A stretch of DNA of 63,675 nucleotides, counting the filler, from Hyphochytrium catenoides (taxonomy: Eukaryota; Protista; Hyphochytriomycota), in the NCBI GenBank assembly GCA_900088475.1. It is 9 parts of 9 records of this genome, joined end to end, with 100 filler letters (N's around TTAATTAATTAA, not from the genome) between each part and the next. Parts side by side here need not be neighbours in the genome. Positions count along the whole stretch, not along the records: positions 35,231 to 57,960 come from FLMG01000915.1; 8 more parts are not named here. One strand, 5' to 3'. Below, one piece after another: positions 41,479-52,800 of the stretch. Both the position numbers and the translations under genes were made by a program. Below the pieces are notes generated by a model. The model was not told where the DNA came from. It ran no database searches and saw only the letters and a program-made list of their open reading frames with translations. Within the stretch, counting starts at the first letter, position 1. The number at the start of each line of letters is the position of its first letter.

Positions 41479-42700
41479 TTTACTCACTATGCTGATCCTC
41501 GTCCGCAAGATAGACAAGCCCCCGTTTGCTGGCAAACTGCAGTGCTGGCTGGCGGGGAGAGAGATTCCCGTTGACTAGGAGCACATGATCTGGAGTGGGA
41601 CCATGGGACGGAGAGTAGAAGAGAGGACCTAAAGAGGAAGAAATAAGGACTCAGCGAAGAAAGGAGGAAATGCACAGACAGAAGGAGAAAGAGAGAGAGC
41701 AAGGCGCTGCCGCGTGACGAGGATCTGCCTGTCCCAAGCTTTGGAATGACTGTCCAGCTGTCGTCAGACGGACAGCGGGGCCGACGGCGTGAGCTCAACA
41801 GCGGCTCGAGCCTCCTCCTAAGGGAATGCCCCAAGCACAGAGAGAGACACCTGCCGACGTTCAAGACAGAGACGGGAACATCCGGAAGAAGAGTCCTGGA
41901 AAGCAGTGTTACACAGTGAGGAGGCAGAAAGGGAGATATGGAGGTCGGGGAGAGAGATAGACAGCGAGAGACCGAGACAGAGAACGCCGTCTAAGAGCCA
42001 TCATAACCGTCCTTTTGCCCTATTCGTAACGCCTCTATAGCCGGTAACGGCCACTATGGAGATCTGGAAGCAAAGCATGCCTCAGAGCTTCAGTCGGTTT
42101 GTCTGACGGCCCCGGCACTCAGAAGACTGTCCGCCGCTGCTCTCTACAGATCTCTCGCTGCTGCCGGCTCGCAGGCCATGGCGCAGCGATAAAGAAGCGC
42201 AGAGGATGAGACTTGTCGAGCAGCTTAGTATAAGTGTTAGATGAAATCAAACGTAGGGGCGAGCACTGTTGTTGGATATGGGCTGGCTCGTGGTCCCAAA
42301 TCTGAAGAAGATTGATGAGAGACTCGCCACTCTATACGCTACGCCGTCCATCTTCCATCTAATTGCCCCTTGCATGGGCCACACTCATGAAAGAGAAGGT
42401 CCCAGTGCGCTGGGAGGGACTGTCTATACATTTGCATGACAAAGAACTCATAGCTGTGCCCTGGGATATTCTCCAGGTGCCATTAAAGGAGCTAGGAATT
42501 ACCTTCAGACGACCTCCACTTATCATGTAACAAACTGACTGACGGTCTGCCGCGAGTACGGATACCAAGAAACGTCTGAGCCGCTCAAGGTCTTACGGAA
42601 ATGAGGGCAGGGCAACGCCAACGTGTGTTTAACATATAGACTACGGATGACCGTGTGCACATTTGCTGACGTTAGACCTGGACTCGCTTTTCGTTTCCAC

Positions 42701-44329
42701 CTACAGCTCTCTCACACCCCGGCCGCCCCATGTGAGATGATGGTAGCCGTTGGCTTCACCAGTGGCCGAGAACGTGAACTCGATCTCATCATCTGGACGC
42801 ACTAACTGAATGAAGCGGTGCGGACTCACTGCCACTAAGAGATATCCCTCTCCTAACGACTCGCCAGCTTTCAGAGACCCTGCTGAATTGCTAGCACTCA
42901 CGTTGGCCACCTTCTCTTTCTGGATATCGTGTCCTGACTTCCCAATCCTCCTCCTATCGTCGCTTTGTTGCAATATGGGTAGAAGCCGGAGTCCTCCCTT
43001 GCCTGCTTCAGCCTTTATTAGGTAGGAGTGGGACTGGTAGGGAGGCAGCAGTCGATATCTGCCTTCAAAGCAAGAGTAATCAGGCAATGTGACAGCCACA
43101 ACCGGTCTTGGGAGTGTGGGCGCCGATCCTTTCATGATAAGCGCAGTGATGGCCTCTGCTATCACCTCAACAGCAGCCTGTCTGCAGTTTGCGAGCACCG
43201 CCACACAGAAGCTGCCGCTAGAGTCATAAGTGTTCCTTTCCAATGACGCTTCCGCCTTGTGGCGTTCAAAAGCCATTCTCATTGTTGACTGGTAGCCACT
43301 GAAGATGTCCCCGGAGTGGGAAAGCATCAATACTCCGTAGCAGTCATCGGCTCGGAGACCATAGCCATAGTACTTGCCCTTATCTTCTTCCCCGTTCTCT
43401 GCGAGCGGGGCTGCCTCGCCCTCTTTAGATACAGGAGGGGCAACCCGGGCTACGTGCTTTGTGAACATTAATTCTCTCGATTCTCGCGTCAGAACCTTAT
43501 CGCTTTGAAGGGCAAGGTACCACTTGACCATGTCTAACGTCGTTGAGTACATCCCACCGCAGGCTGCTAGCGAGCCGATATCCTCCCAGGGAGCCACTTC
43601 CACCTCTCCCAGCCCGTTCACGTGGTACCCAAAAGCACGTCGCTGCAGAAGTAGGGAAGGGCGGTCGAGACCAGAGTCAAGCATGCCTGCTGGCTGGAGA
43701 ATATGAGCACGAAGAAATTCATCAAAGGAGACTCCCGAGACCATCTCAATGATTTGTCCTAGCAAGATCCACCCACTGTTGCAGTACTCATACCGGCTCC
43801 CAGGCTCGAAAGCAAGAGGATGAGCCTTTACAATTTCAATGACTTCCCCAGGCGAGAGAGGCATTCTAGAGTTCAGCGGCGTGGCGTTCTTATCGAAATC
43901 GTAGAGGCCTGAAGAGTTGGTAAGGAGGTGGTGAATGGTGACTTTCTCCCAGTGCGGGTGGCCATCATCGAAGTATTCTCTAAGCCGAGTGTCTACAGAT
44001 AGAAGTGACTGTTCTCTCAGGCGTAAGATGCAGGCAGCAGTGAACTGCTTGGTGATGGATGCTATCCTATATCGGCTGGTGGCTCTGTTGGGGACGTTAT
44101 GCTCAATGTTCGCCATGCCAAAGCTTTCAGAAAAGATCACAGAAATGCCTAGATACACGGCGACGGATCCTGAGAAGAAGCGATGCTCTTGGTGTGCCTG
44201 CAGATACTTCTTGATGATCCCACAGGTCTCGACAGCTTTGCCTCCTGTCGCTTGGTCTTCATCAATGCCACCCATAACTGTCTCGCCATCCTTCTGATGC
44301 TCCGTCATCCTCCAGCCTAGAGGACACAA
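42701..44329 (-). CDS. Serine hydrolase, class C beta-lactamase/AmpC-PBP family, intronless core
   Basis: YRIASITKQFT (SxxK), LLTNSSGL, FEPGSRYEYCNSG (YxN), GGMYST, YYGYG, HSG triad. Exact start and end uncertain. Confidence 0.9.
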   Translation of the reverse strand: MCPLGWRMTEHQKDGETVMGGIDEDQATGGKAVETCGIIKKYLQAHQEHRFFSGSVAVYLGISVIFSESFGMANIEHNVPNRATSRYRIASITKQFTAACILRLREQSLLSVDTRLREYFDDGHPHWEKVTIHHLLTNSSGLYDFDKNATPLNSRMPLSPGEVIEIVKAHPLAFEPGSRYEYCNSGWILLGQIIEMVSGVSFDEFLRAHILQPAGMLDSGLDRPSLLLQRRAFGYHVNGLGEVEVAPWEDIGSLAACGGMYSTTLDMVKWYLALQSDKVLTRESRELMFTKHVARVAPPVSKEGEAAPLAENGEEDKGKYYGYGLRADDCYGVLMLSHSGDIFSGYQSTMRMAFERHKAEASLERNTYDSSGSFCVAVLANCRQAAVEVIAEAITALIMKGSAPTLPRPVVAVTLPDYSCFEGRYRLLPPYQSHSYLIKAEAGKGGLRLLPILQQSDDRRRIGKSGHDIQKEKVANVSASNSAGSLKAGESLGEGYLLVAVSPHRFIQLVRPDDEIEFTFSATGEANGYHHLTWGGRGVREL

Positions 44330-45788
44330 TGTCCAGTTCCTTTTTGACCTTGCTAACGCTTAAGTGGTTCTCCTTCCCTCCGTTCCCCAAGAATGAAAGA
44401 CGGCAAGTGGCTCTGAAGAAAGACACTGATAACCTGATCTGTTGACACTTGGAGATGGACGTTGTAGAGGAGACTCTCAAGGCGTTTCCTGAAGACGGAG
44501 GAGGTGGTGGTCGAACTGCGCCGCCCTTCTACGGCCAGGAGGAGAGGAGAACACTGAGGGGCAGGCGAAGCCAAGGAAGAGTGATGATGGGAGGATGCAC
44601 GCAATCTCCGCTAGCTGCTTTGCTGCTGCGGTGTGATGGAGGCTGCTGCTGCTGGGAGGCAGGCGGGCGGGCGGGATGACAAGCACGAAGCCAGAGAGCC
44701 AGAAAGAGCCAGCAGAGCATAAAGAACGCCCACAACCCATTTAACATCAGATACAAAAAGTGGGAAAGTTCTCATTAAACGATCAACAAACCTTCATATC
44801 TTACTGGCAGTAATAATAAGAAAGACATCCAGCCGTGCATGAAGCTCGCCACCCAATACCCCCTTTTCCTTGCCAGTAATAGTATCGAGGTTTCTGATTG
44901 GACCATATTTTTTTCTTTTGGGAATAGAATGTGTTGGGTTTTATCGAGTGTCGCATAGATTGTGACTCTTGATGGCTGGATGGGACTGGCTGCAGATCTC
45001 CCGATGCACAGAGGCATCAAAGGCACGAGCTCAAGGCAAGGCCAGGGCACCGATCGCACGTTCTCCATACTTCGCAAGATGCGCATGAGTAGTGCTCAGT
45101 CAGGGGAGCTGAGGTGTCAACCAATAGGAAGATAAGAGGTGTAGGGCAACGTATAAGGTCTGTCGAGTATACTGTGGCAGAAGCAAGAGAGACCCGGCAT
45201 GTGGAGGGGGCAGAGAGTCTTGGCACAAATTTTAGCGATGAAGAACAAAGAGCTCGGCGTGACTACAATCTAAGTATAATGACTGCCTGTGTCAGAGACC
45301 CCTTGCTGCACGAGGAGCTGTCATAGTCGTGCTCCTCCTTGACACAGCTACTGCAAAATGGGGGATGTCAGGATGGGCATGGGCTCTTCTGTCGACACTT
45401 GGTTTGGCATAGCTGATTGCCAGGGAGCGGCAGCACGGGCCCAGCAAGTGCTTGTAACAAGTACTTTATCCGGGGATACCCTCCCGTCATGACCGTGACG
45501 CGCATCTCTTCTTGCATCGAACCCACTCCTGCTTGTTCAGTGGAATAAACTGCACCCCACATGGTGTCTAGGGGTTAGAGACAGGGATGCGTGTTGGTGA
45601 CAGATTACTCTTTCGATGACTAGGCTCCTTAAAGAGCATTGCCCAGTGCACCCGAGACGATCCTCTGAGTCGAGCTGCAAAGCTGTTGGAAAGGAGATAG
45701 AAGTGCACTGATGATAGTGAACATTAGAGGCACTGGCCTCCACTAATAGAATAATCTCTGATTGCCTACAGTCACATGAGCCTTCTTT

Positions 45789-48700
45789 TCACTCCCATTC
45801 TCCCCTGCAAACAGTGAAAAGTCAGTGTCGGAAGCAGCAGCAGCGAGTGGCTGATGGAATGAATCCGATGCTTACCAATCCTCGGTCTCTGTCGCAGCAG
45901 CGGTGGGTAGCTTTCGCTCAGGGGCCGTTGCAATTGCGTTAAGATCCTGCGCGAGTGCTGTCGTAGCTGGGACTGGGGGAGAAGGCAAAGGGATGGTAGC
46001 AAGGAGCGGCTGCTCCATCCCTGGCGCGGTGAAGGCAATCATTCTCTTTTCATAGGAAGCGATCAATGTTTTCTGTTCTTCCTTCAACCTTGCCTCCAAG
46101 TCTGTCATCTCTTTGAGGAGCTTGCCCTTGACATCTTCATGAGTCCTTTGAAGATCTACCAACTCCTGTCTCACGGCCTGGAGCTCCGCTTCCCTTCTCT
46201 GCAACTGCGTTTTGATGAACTCAAGCTCAACTTGGGCCTTACTATATCCTTGCTCTTCAGCATGTCTTAGAGCTGTTTGCTGCTTGTTCTCGATCACCTG
46301 CTGCGCCTTCTTCAGCTTCAAGGCACGGGTCTTCCACAGCTTCACTTCCTCTGCCAATCTAGATCCGTCTCCACCCTCAAGTGTGCCCTCAACAGACCCT
46401 GTGACTGACGAGGTATCAGAGGAGTCATCGGGAATGGCACTTATCGCACCGCTACTGGGCCGTCGTGGACTGCCAGCAGGTGCCTTGACCTCTTGTCTCT
46501 CGGACAAACCGGCTAGTTCCGCTCTATGCCGGTTTTGGATATCGGCGAGGCGGGTCTCAAATTCAGATCTCAGCGTTGTCTCTACCTCCACCCTTGCCTG
46601 TGTGACAGCGGCCGAGAGGTCGGATTTGTGCTGGGACTGAAGAGCTTCAAGTTGTTGTTCATACGTGGCAGCAAGAGACTTCAAGTCGGCGTCATGCTTC
46701 GTCTCAAGCTCTAACGTCTGGCGCTCAAATTGCTGATGGGCCCTTGCAGCTGCCTCTCTGGCCTCGGCTAGTATCGCGGCATTCTTCAGCTGCTGGTCCT
46801 CAGCTTCAGCTTGATACTTGTGGGCCAATGTCTCCAGCTCAGCTGCATGACGGTGCTCAAGCTCCGCAATGTAACCTTCGTACTTAGTACGCAGCGAAGC
46901 TTCAACATCTTTTCTCCCAGCGGCAGCTTCAGCCTCCCGCACCTTCGCATCTGCCAGAAGTTGTTCTCTTTGCCTCTCACTGGATGCCCTAAGCTCCGAA
47001 TCATACTTAGTGACAAGGTCTGCGATTTGCCTTTCGTACTGATCCTTGAGAGCAGAATGGACTTCCTCTCTTGCGCCTGCCAAGGTCTCTGATAGCTTTG
47101 CCTCATGCTCAGCTTGAAGCTCAGAACGTAACGCCTCTAGCCTCTCAGCCGTTGTTAACGCCTCTCTTTCCTTGTCTGACTCATAAATGGTTCGCATTTC
47201 TTGCCTTGCCGTTTCGAGCCGTGCCTCCCATTCTTCCTCCCTCTTCGCAGACGAACTACTCTCCCTGAGCACGAGTTGGGCTTTAAGTGCCATTATTTCT
47301 TGGTGCAAAGCAGACTTCTCATGCTGGTGGATTGCTGTCATCGATGTAAGTTGCTCTTTGAGCGCGGACAGCTCACCATTCACGGCTTGCGAAGAGTATG
47401 TTTGTCCCTCAGTGCGCCCGCGCTCAAATGCTTCCTGGACTTCATGTCTCAGCTTGTCAATGGCACCTTCTAATACCATCTGTTGCTCCTGTCCTCTGGC
47501 TTCGGCGCTTTGAGCTCGCTCCTGGGTAGCTTTCAGTTCGGTGCGAAGCTTCTCAATTTCGTCAGTCCCTTCTTTAAGAGAGTCGAAGTGTTTATGGAGG
47601 TATCTTCCGAGGTCTTCATACGTTTGAATGCCTTGCATAGTGTTCTGCTCAAACCCACATGCTGTACACAGCCTGTTCAAGCAAGCGTCCTCCGTCTGCT
47701 TCCTTATCTCCTGCAGCTGTCTTTCGTAAGCCTCCACCGTCTCCTGCATGACACATAGATGGCCATGTTATGAGGGGATGTGACCACGCTACAAGTAAGT
47801 GAAGAAGAACCTTCATAAGCTGCTGATGGCGCTCCTCCGAAACGCTCTTCTCTGTTTCTTTTGCTGGGACTCTGGCAGTCGCCCCGGCTTCAAGGCCCTG
47901 CTTGAATCCTTCTTGCCGCGCTATGTCAACCTGCATCTCCATCTCTGATCGCAGCTTCTCAGCTACCAGTACGCGGGAAAAGAAGACCATGAGAAAGAGA
48001 GACCAGTAAGGTGGGGTGGGGGCGAGGCCGGTAGGACGGCGGAGCCAAGGAAGGAGCAAGTGTCACTTACTGGTTTGAGTAGACTCTTGATAGGCCATTT
48101 GGTAGCCTTCACGTCGTGCCTGGTCCATTGCAATATCGCGCTCAGACTCCAGCCGAGCCGTCAGAGTCCTTAGCTCTTCCACGTGCTTACTCTCCACACC
48201 CTTGAGCTCCTGTGTGTGCTTTGCCTCCGCTTCCTTCAGCTTCTGAAGAACCTTTGACGCTCTTGACTTCCAGAGCTCCACCTCCTTCTGAGCCGACTGT
48301 TTCAATTCTGCCGTACTGGCACTCGGTGTCGTCTGGCTGTCCTTAGGGGAGACGGCGGAGTCGCTGCCAGGGCTTTTCAGGATTTCTGGAGAGTTACTAG
48401 GCGGAAGGGTTATCTGCATGCCGCTACTTGACTCTGAACCTGGCATAGTCTCTTTATTTTCATCCTCCTTCTCTCCTGTCTGAAATAAGACTTCTTCGGC
48501 AGTATTGTCCGGGAAAGAAGTCTCTGCGGCATTCTTTTGGTGGAAGTAGAAGCTATGAACCGCAGGATGCAATCTGGTAAGTGTCCACGGACCTCGCTGC
48601 TATAAGGACGAACCTACCGGGCCCAAAAGTCCTCAAACGAGCATTCTAACGGAACTATTTCGGCGAAGAGCTCCTGAAGCTCGGGATTTGTCTCCAGCAA

Positions 48701-49102
48701 CTGGTCGCGTCACAACGGGGAGAAGTGAGATGGTGTCTGCAACAGATGCAATCACGGAGTCACTCTGAAGCTACCTTCGCTATCTCTGGCTCCTTATCCT
48801 TCACAGTGAAGCTCTGGCGGAATCGCTGGTATTCCTCGAAGTCACCGATATCCTAAAGTTTGTTTATGCGGCGAGAAATCCAATCAGTAAAAGTCGTAGT
48901 CGTTGAGAGAATGCCGCCCACTTACCGTCCCAAAAGACTTTCTGAAAGATTCGAGGCCACGCTTATGGACCGGAGCAATATTCTCCGCGACTACTTGGAG
49001 GAGGCTATTGGCTTCGCTTGAGACATGCTGGATAGTCTCACCCAAGTCTTGAGACACGGAGGCAGCGGCTTTCTTCGCCTTGTCAAGAAGAGAGCTCCAC
49101 AT
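45789..49102 (-). CDS. BSD-domain protein with very long coiled coil (BSDC1-like termini), multi-exon
   Basis: Exons: MWSSLLDKAKKAAASVSQDLGE..; LLETNPELQELFAEIVPLECSFEDFWAR|FYFH (BSD FWxRxF); coiled-coil ORFs 48572-48063 and 47749-45872; final micro-exon gives EDW|GEWE* ending 45789. Confidence 0.8.
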
Positions 49103-49839
49103 TTCGACTAAAGTAGCTAGCTGCCACGCATCGTCCGCAGAGATGCCGCACTCTCAATCAGACATCCGTCGACACTACTGATATATCTAGCTCCTATCGA
49201 GAGCGCTTGCAGACAGTCAGACACGCTTCATCATCAGCGACGAGTGGCCGGACCTGGGCAAGAACTTTCCAGGCTGGAGCTGGCGCTGAGGCTGCGGCTG
49301 CCGCTTGGGACGGTGCGGTTTTCCTTTCTCTTTCCTTCCAGACTGATCACTATGAAGGCCAAGCACTTCCCAGGAAGGTCGCCATTTCACTCCTGTCGAT
49401 CTCTCTAAATAATATGGTAGTTGTAAGCCGCTCACTCCCCATAGAAGAGGCCTCTAGAATCAGGTACAGGGAGATTCGCAGCCTTCCTGCCCTATAAATG
49501 TCGCTTCTGGCACTAGGGAAGGTCTGCGTTTTTCGCATGGTTGCCATCTCAGCTCCAGTACTCCCCCAGGTGTGCGGACGATCCAGCCAAAGTGTATGTA
49601 GGGAGAGCTTCTCACAGATCCAATGATGAGCCTCGGCTGAATCTCTGCTGAGCCCCTGATCATTGACCAAGGAAGGCGGTGATGATGAAGGTTTGCCGTA
49701 CGTCCGAGTAGCAGCGACGGTGTCTTTCATATTGCGTGCACTGTTGTCCTGGCCCGCCGCATGCATGCCTCAGAGTCTGTCTATTAAGTAGGGGCATCTA
49801 GCTTAGAAAGCTTGAGGCTCTTCCCTCCCTCCTGGGCAG

Positions 49840-52800
49840 ATGTTTGGAAAAAATGCGAGCGGCAGGACCCCGACCTTGGGCTTTCGACACACTCCGAGCG
49901 CCAAAAGTGTGGTGAGCCCATTAGTGGGGGGAGGCGACCGAGGAATTCCCAGAGCTACACCTGATAGAAGTTTGCAGGGGTCACACCTCGCCACCACACC
50001 GGTTCTTGCTAAGCAGCAAGGGCCTACCCCCACCCAGCAACAGGACTACTCCTTCACTGCCACTCCAAAGTCCTCCTCCTCCTCCTATCAACCTTCTGTT
50101 CCCAGGAGTGCAGAATCTTTCTTGACAAAACGATCTGCCCAATATCTAACTCCCAGCCATACCCTCACACCATCCGGACAGCGGACGATAGCGGCTCCCT
50201 CTAGCGTCAACAATGCCACCAAACGGAAGCGTGAGGATTCTAGACGCGGCTTCACATTAGAACAATCTTCTGACTACTCAGTGGAGGCCATCGGCGCATA
50301 CCCTGACGCGGTCTGGTCAGCTATCGCTAGTTTTGAGAGTTCTTCTGGTCCGCTCCACGTAGAAGTGGATCATAAAGGATGGGCAACGTGTTTGCTGGGG
50401 TTGGATTTATATGTCTGGAAGCAAAAGGGCCCAGGATCAGCAGGTGACAGCAGACGAGTGCCACAGGTAGCTAGGTTGAGCCTTTCACCCGAGTTTGAGA
50501 GCTCTTCCAGTGCTCTAGTCCGGGTCATCGAGTCTCCTCGCGCTGATGGCAGCGTCGATCCGATCCAGGTGATCTCCATTTCTACACAGGGCTCTATTCT
50601 GTTTTGGCCGAAGGTAAAGCCTCAGTCCTCCAGTGACCGCGTACCGCTTCAGCTGGTTTTGGGTGAAGAGGAGCAGGTGACTCAATGCGCAGCGGCCGGG
50701 ACCCTTGGTATGTTCTTTTTAGTCTGCGTTTGTCTGGTTTCAAAGTATTGGCTTCTGGGTCCCTTAGCCCGGAAGACTGTGACTTGTTCCTTTCTTAGCG
50801 TCTTTCCACCCGCGTCGTCACCTATTTGGTTGCTGGTTAGCTCTCAGAAGCGTTATAGCTTCCTCCCTCAGTGGCCTCTCCCTCTCGCCAAACGTTTATA
50901 CTTCCTCCCTCATATCAGTACTAGATGCGTTCCTCTTCCCAGTCTCCATCCGCCTGTGATCATTAGCTTTTCCCCCATTAAGCCTGTCATGTCTGGCTAG
51001 GAATTATCTGCGGAACGTCCAAGGGAAACATCTGGCTGATAGCCAGAGTGCGCGATGTAATCAAGGCGAAGATACTAGAGCGCTCAGAAGGGATCTTTAG
51101 CAGCCTGACCAAGATGCTCTGGCTCGCACCTGCGCCCGCTACTAACAGCACTGTCGCTCTCGCAGCGGTAAGCAGACCTCGAGGCCAGGATGGAGCGGCA
51201 CGTTCTGGAGTCTATCAGATGACAGAGAAGAATCTGTATTGCTGGTGCATCAGCCGTTCTGACCATCAAGAGTACATTCAGCCACAGTACGAGTGGGAAG
51301 CTCCTCTTCAAAGCTTGGTGCGAGATCAGCTCGTGGCGGAGTATTACCGAGATCCCTCTCTCGCATCCTCTGAGGAGAGTTGCAAGGTGTGGCTGCTAGC
51401 TATGGAGGCGGTCACCGACTCCTCTCTCGTGGTTCTGGGGGCATCAAGGGTTGAACCGCACTCCCCAGTAGTTTTTACACTCCATCAGGTGATAATCGGA
51501 GGCGCTGCATCAAGATTTCAGCATTCTCTAGGCCCCTTTGGGGATGGGAACCTTCGTTTGGGAGACTATCTGAGGCTGACCTCTCTGATGGTGAAGAGTG
51601 AGGAGGAGCTCGACCGCTTTCTGGCAGTGAAAATGGTCAGAGGCTCAGGTGCAAGCGGCTCCAAGGGCATTCCTATCCATGTCCTCTGGCCCCGGACGGA
51701 ACCAATGAAGGTAAAAGAGGATGACTAGAACTCCCTGACGTCTCTGAAGTATGCCTAGGGGTTGGAAGTAATGGCACTTTTGTTGGGATCACCAACCTAC
51801 CACCTCACTAAACAACATACTGCGGTCTCTTTTCAGGTTGCGGCAGTGCTGTTGCACCCAGTTTCCGAAGAGCGAAGGATCCAGGTGTTTGAGATCAAAA
51901 GCGTTAGCGGACCGAGGATGGCGGGCGCAGGGGCAATCAACGGGCATCCTTCACTGATACTCTTCTCTGCCACCAGCCGCCATGGGATTCTAGCAGTCTC
52001 CTCTCTCGCTCTGCGCTCCGTAGAAATTGCTAGAGAAGCCAGCAGGCCAAATACGCGAAGCGCCTCGCCTCGGCATGTGGCCTTTTCAGACATGGAGGGT
52101 GATCAGCAGTCCGTGGCTTGGTTCCTCCAGCGTATGAAAGCCGATCTAAAGACCTTTGATCGCCAGACTGAGCGGGGGAGAGAGGATACTGCTTCAGAGT
52201 GGACCGTGGAGGGATCTTCAAGGGGAGCGTTCGAGCAGGCGGTCGGTCTCTTGAGCCAGCAAATCCTAGATTCGAAGCCAGCCAGTGGCCAGCGCTGGGC
52301 TCAGGAAGAGGGTGGGGAGGAGAGTGACGTCACGCCTCAGCTGACAAAGTATCATCTGGAGACCAAGAAAAACAAACACCAAGCCTTCCTCGCCTATCTC
52401 CAGGTAAGACCGTAATTGAGCAATCTCCACCTACCACCTAATCTACCTCTAGTCCGCGGTGAAGCCATATGTTCCATTTTGCCCTTCAAAGTCTTTCTCG
52501 ATTCTATGACGTCTAGCTAGCTGTACTCAGGCTTTCATGCTTCCTCGCCTCTCACATTTAAGCTTACACCTTGCTGGCCCATCAGGTTCATTTGAGAGGC
52601 CTCTATGACCTTTTGGGATCCGAGACTCAGGAGATCCTTTATCAACATAGAGAGAAGCTGCTTGCGGCACTGGCTCTCTGTCGCTTTCAGGACCAGCTAA
52701 TTAGATCCTCAGGAAGCCGGACAGCCCCAGATAGCAGCGCAGATCGAGACGGAGACAGAGTTCTCGAAGCGAATCAAGGTGCTCTTCTTCTTCGAGCCAT

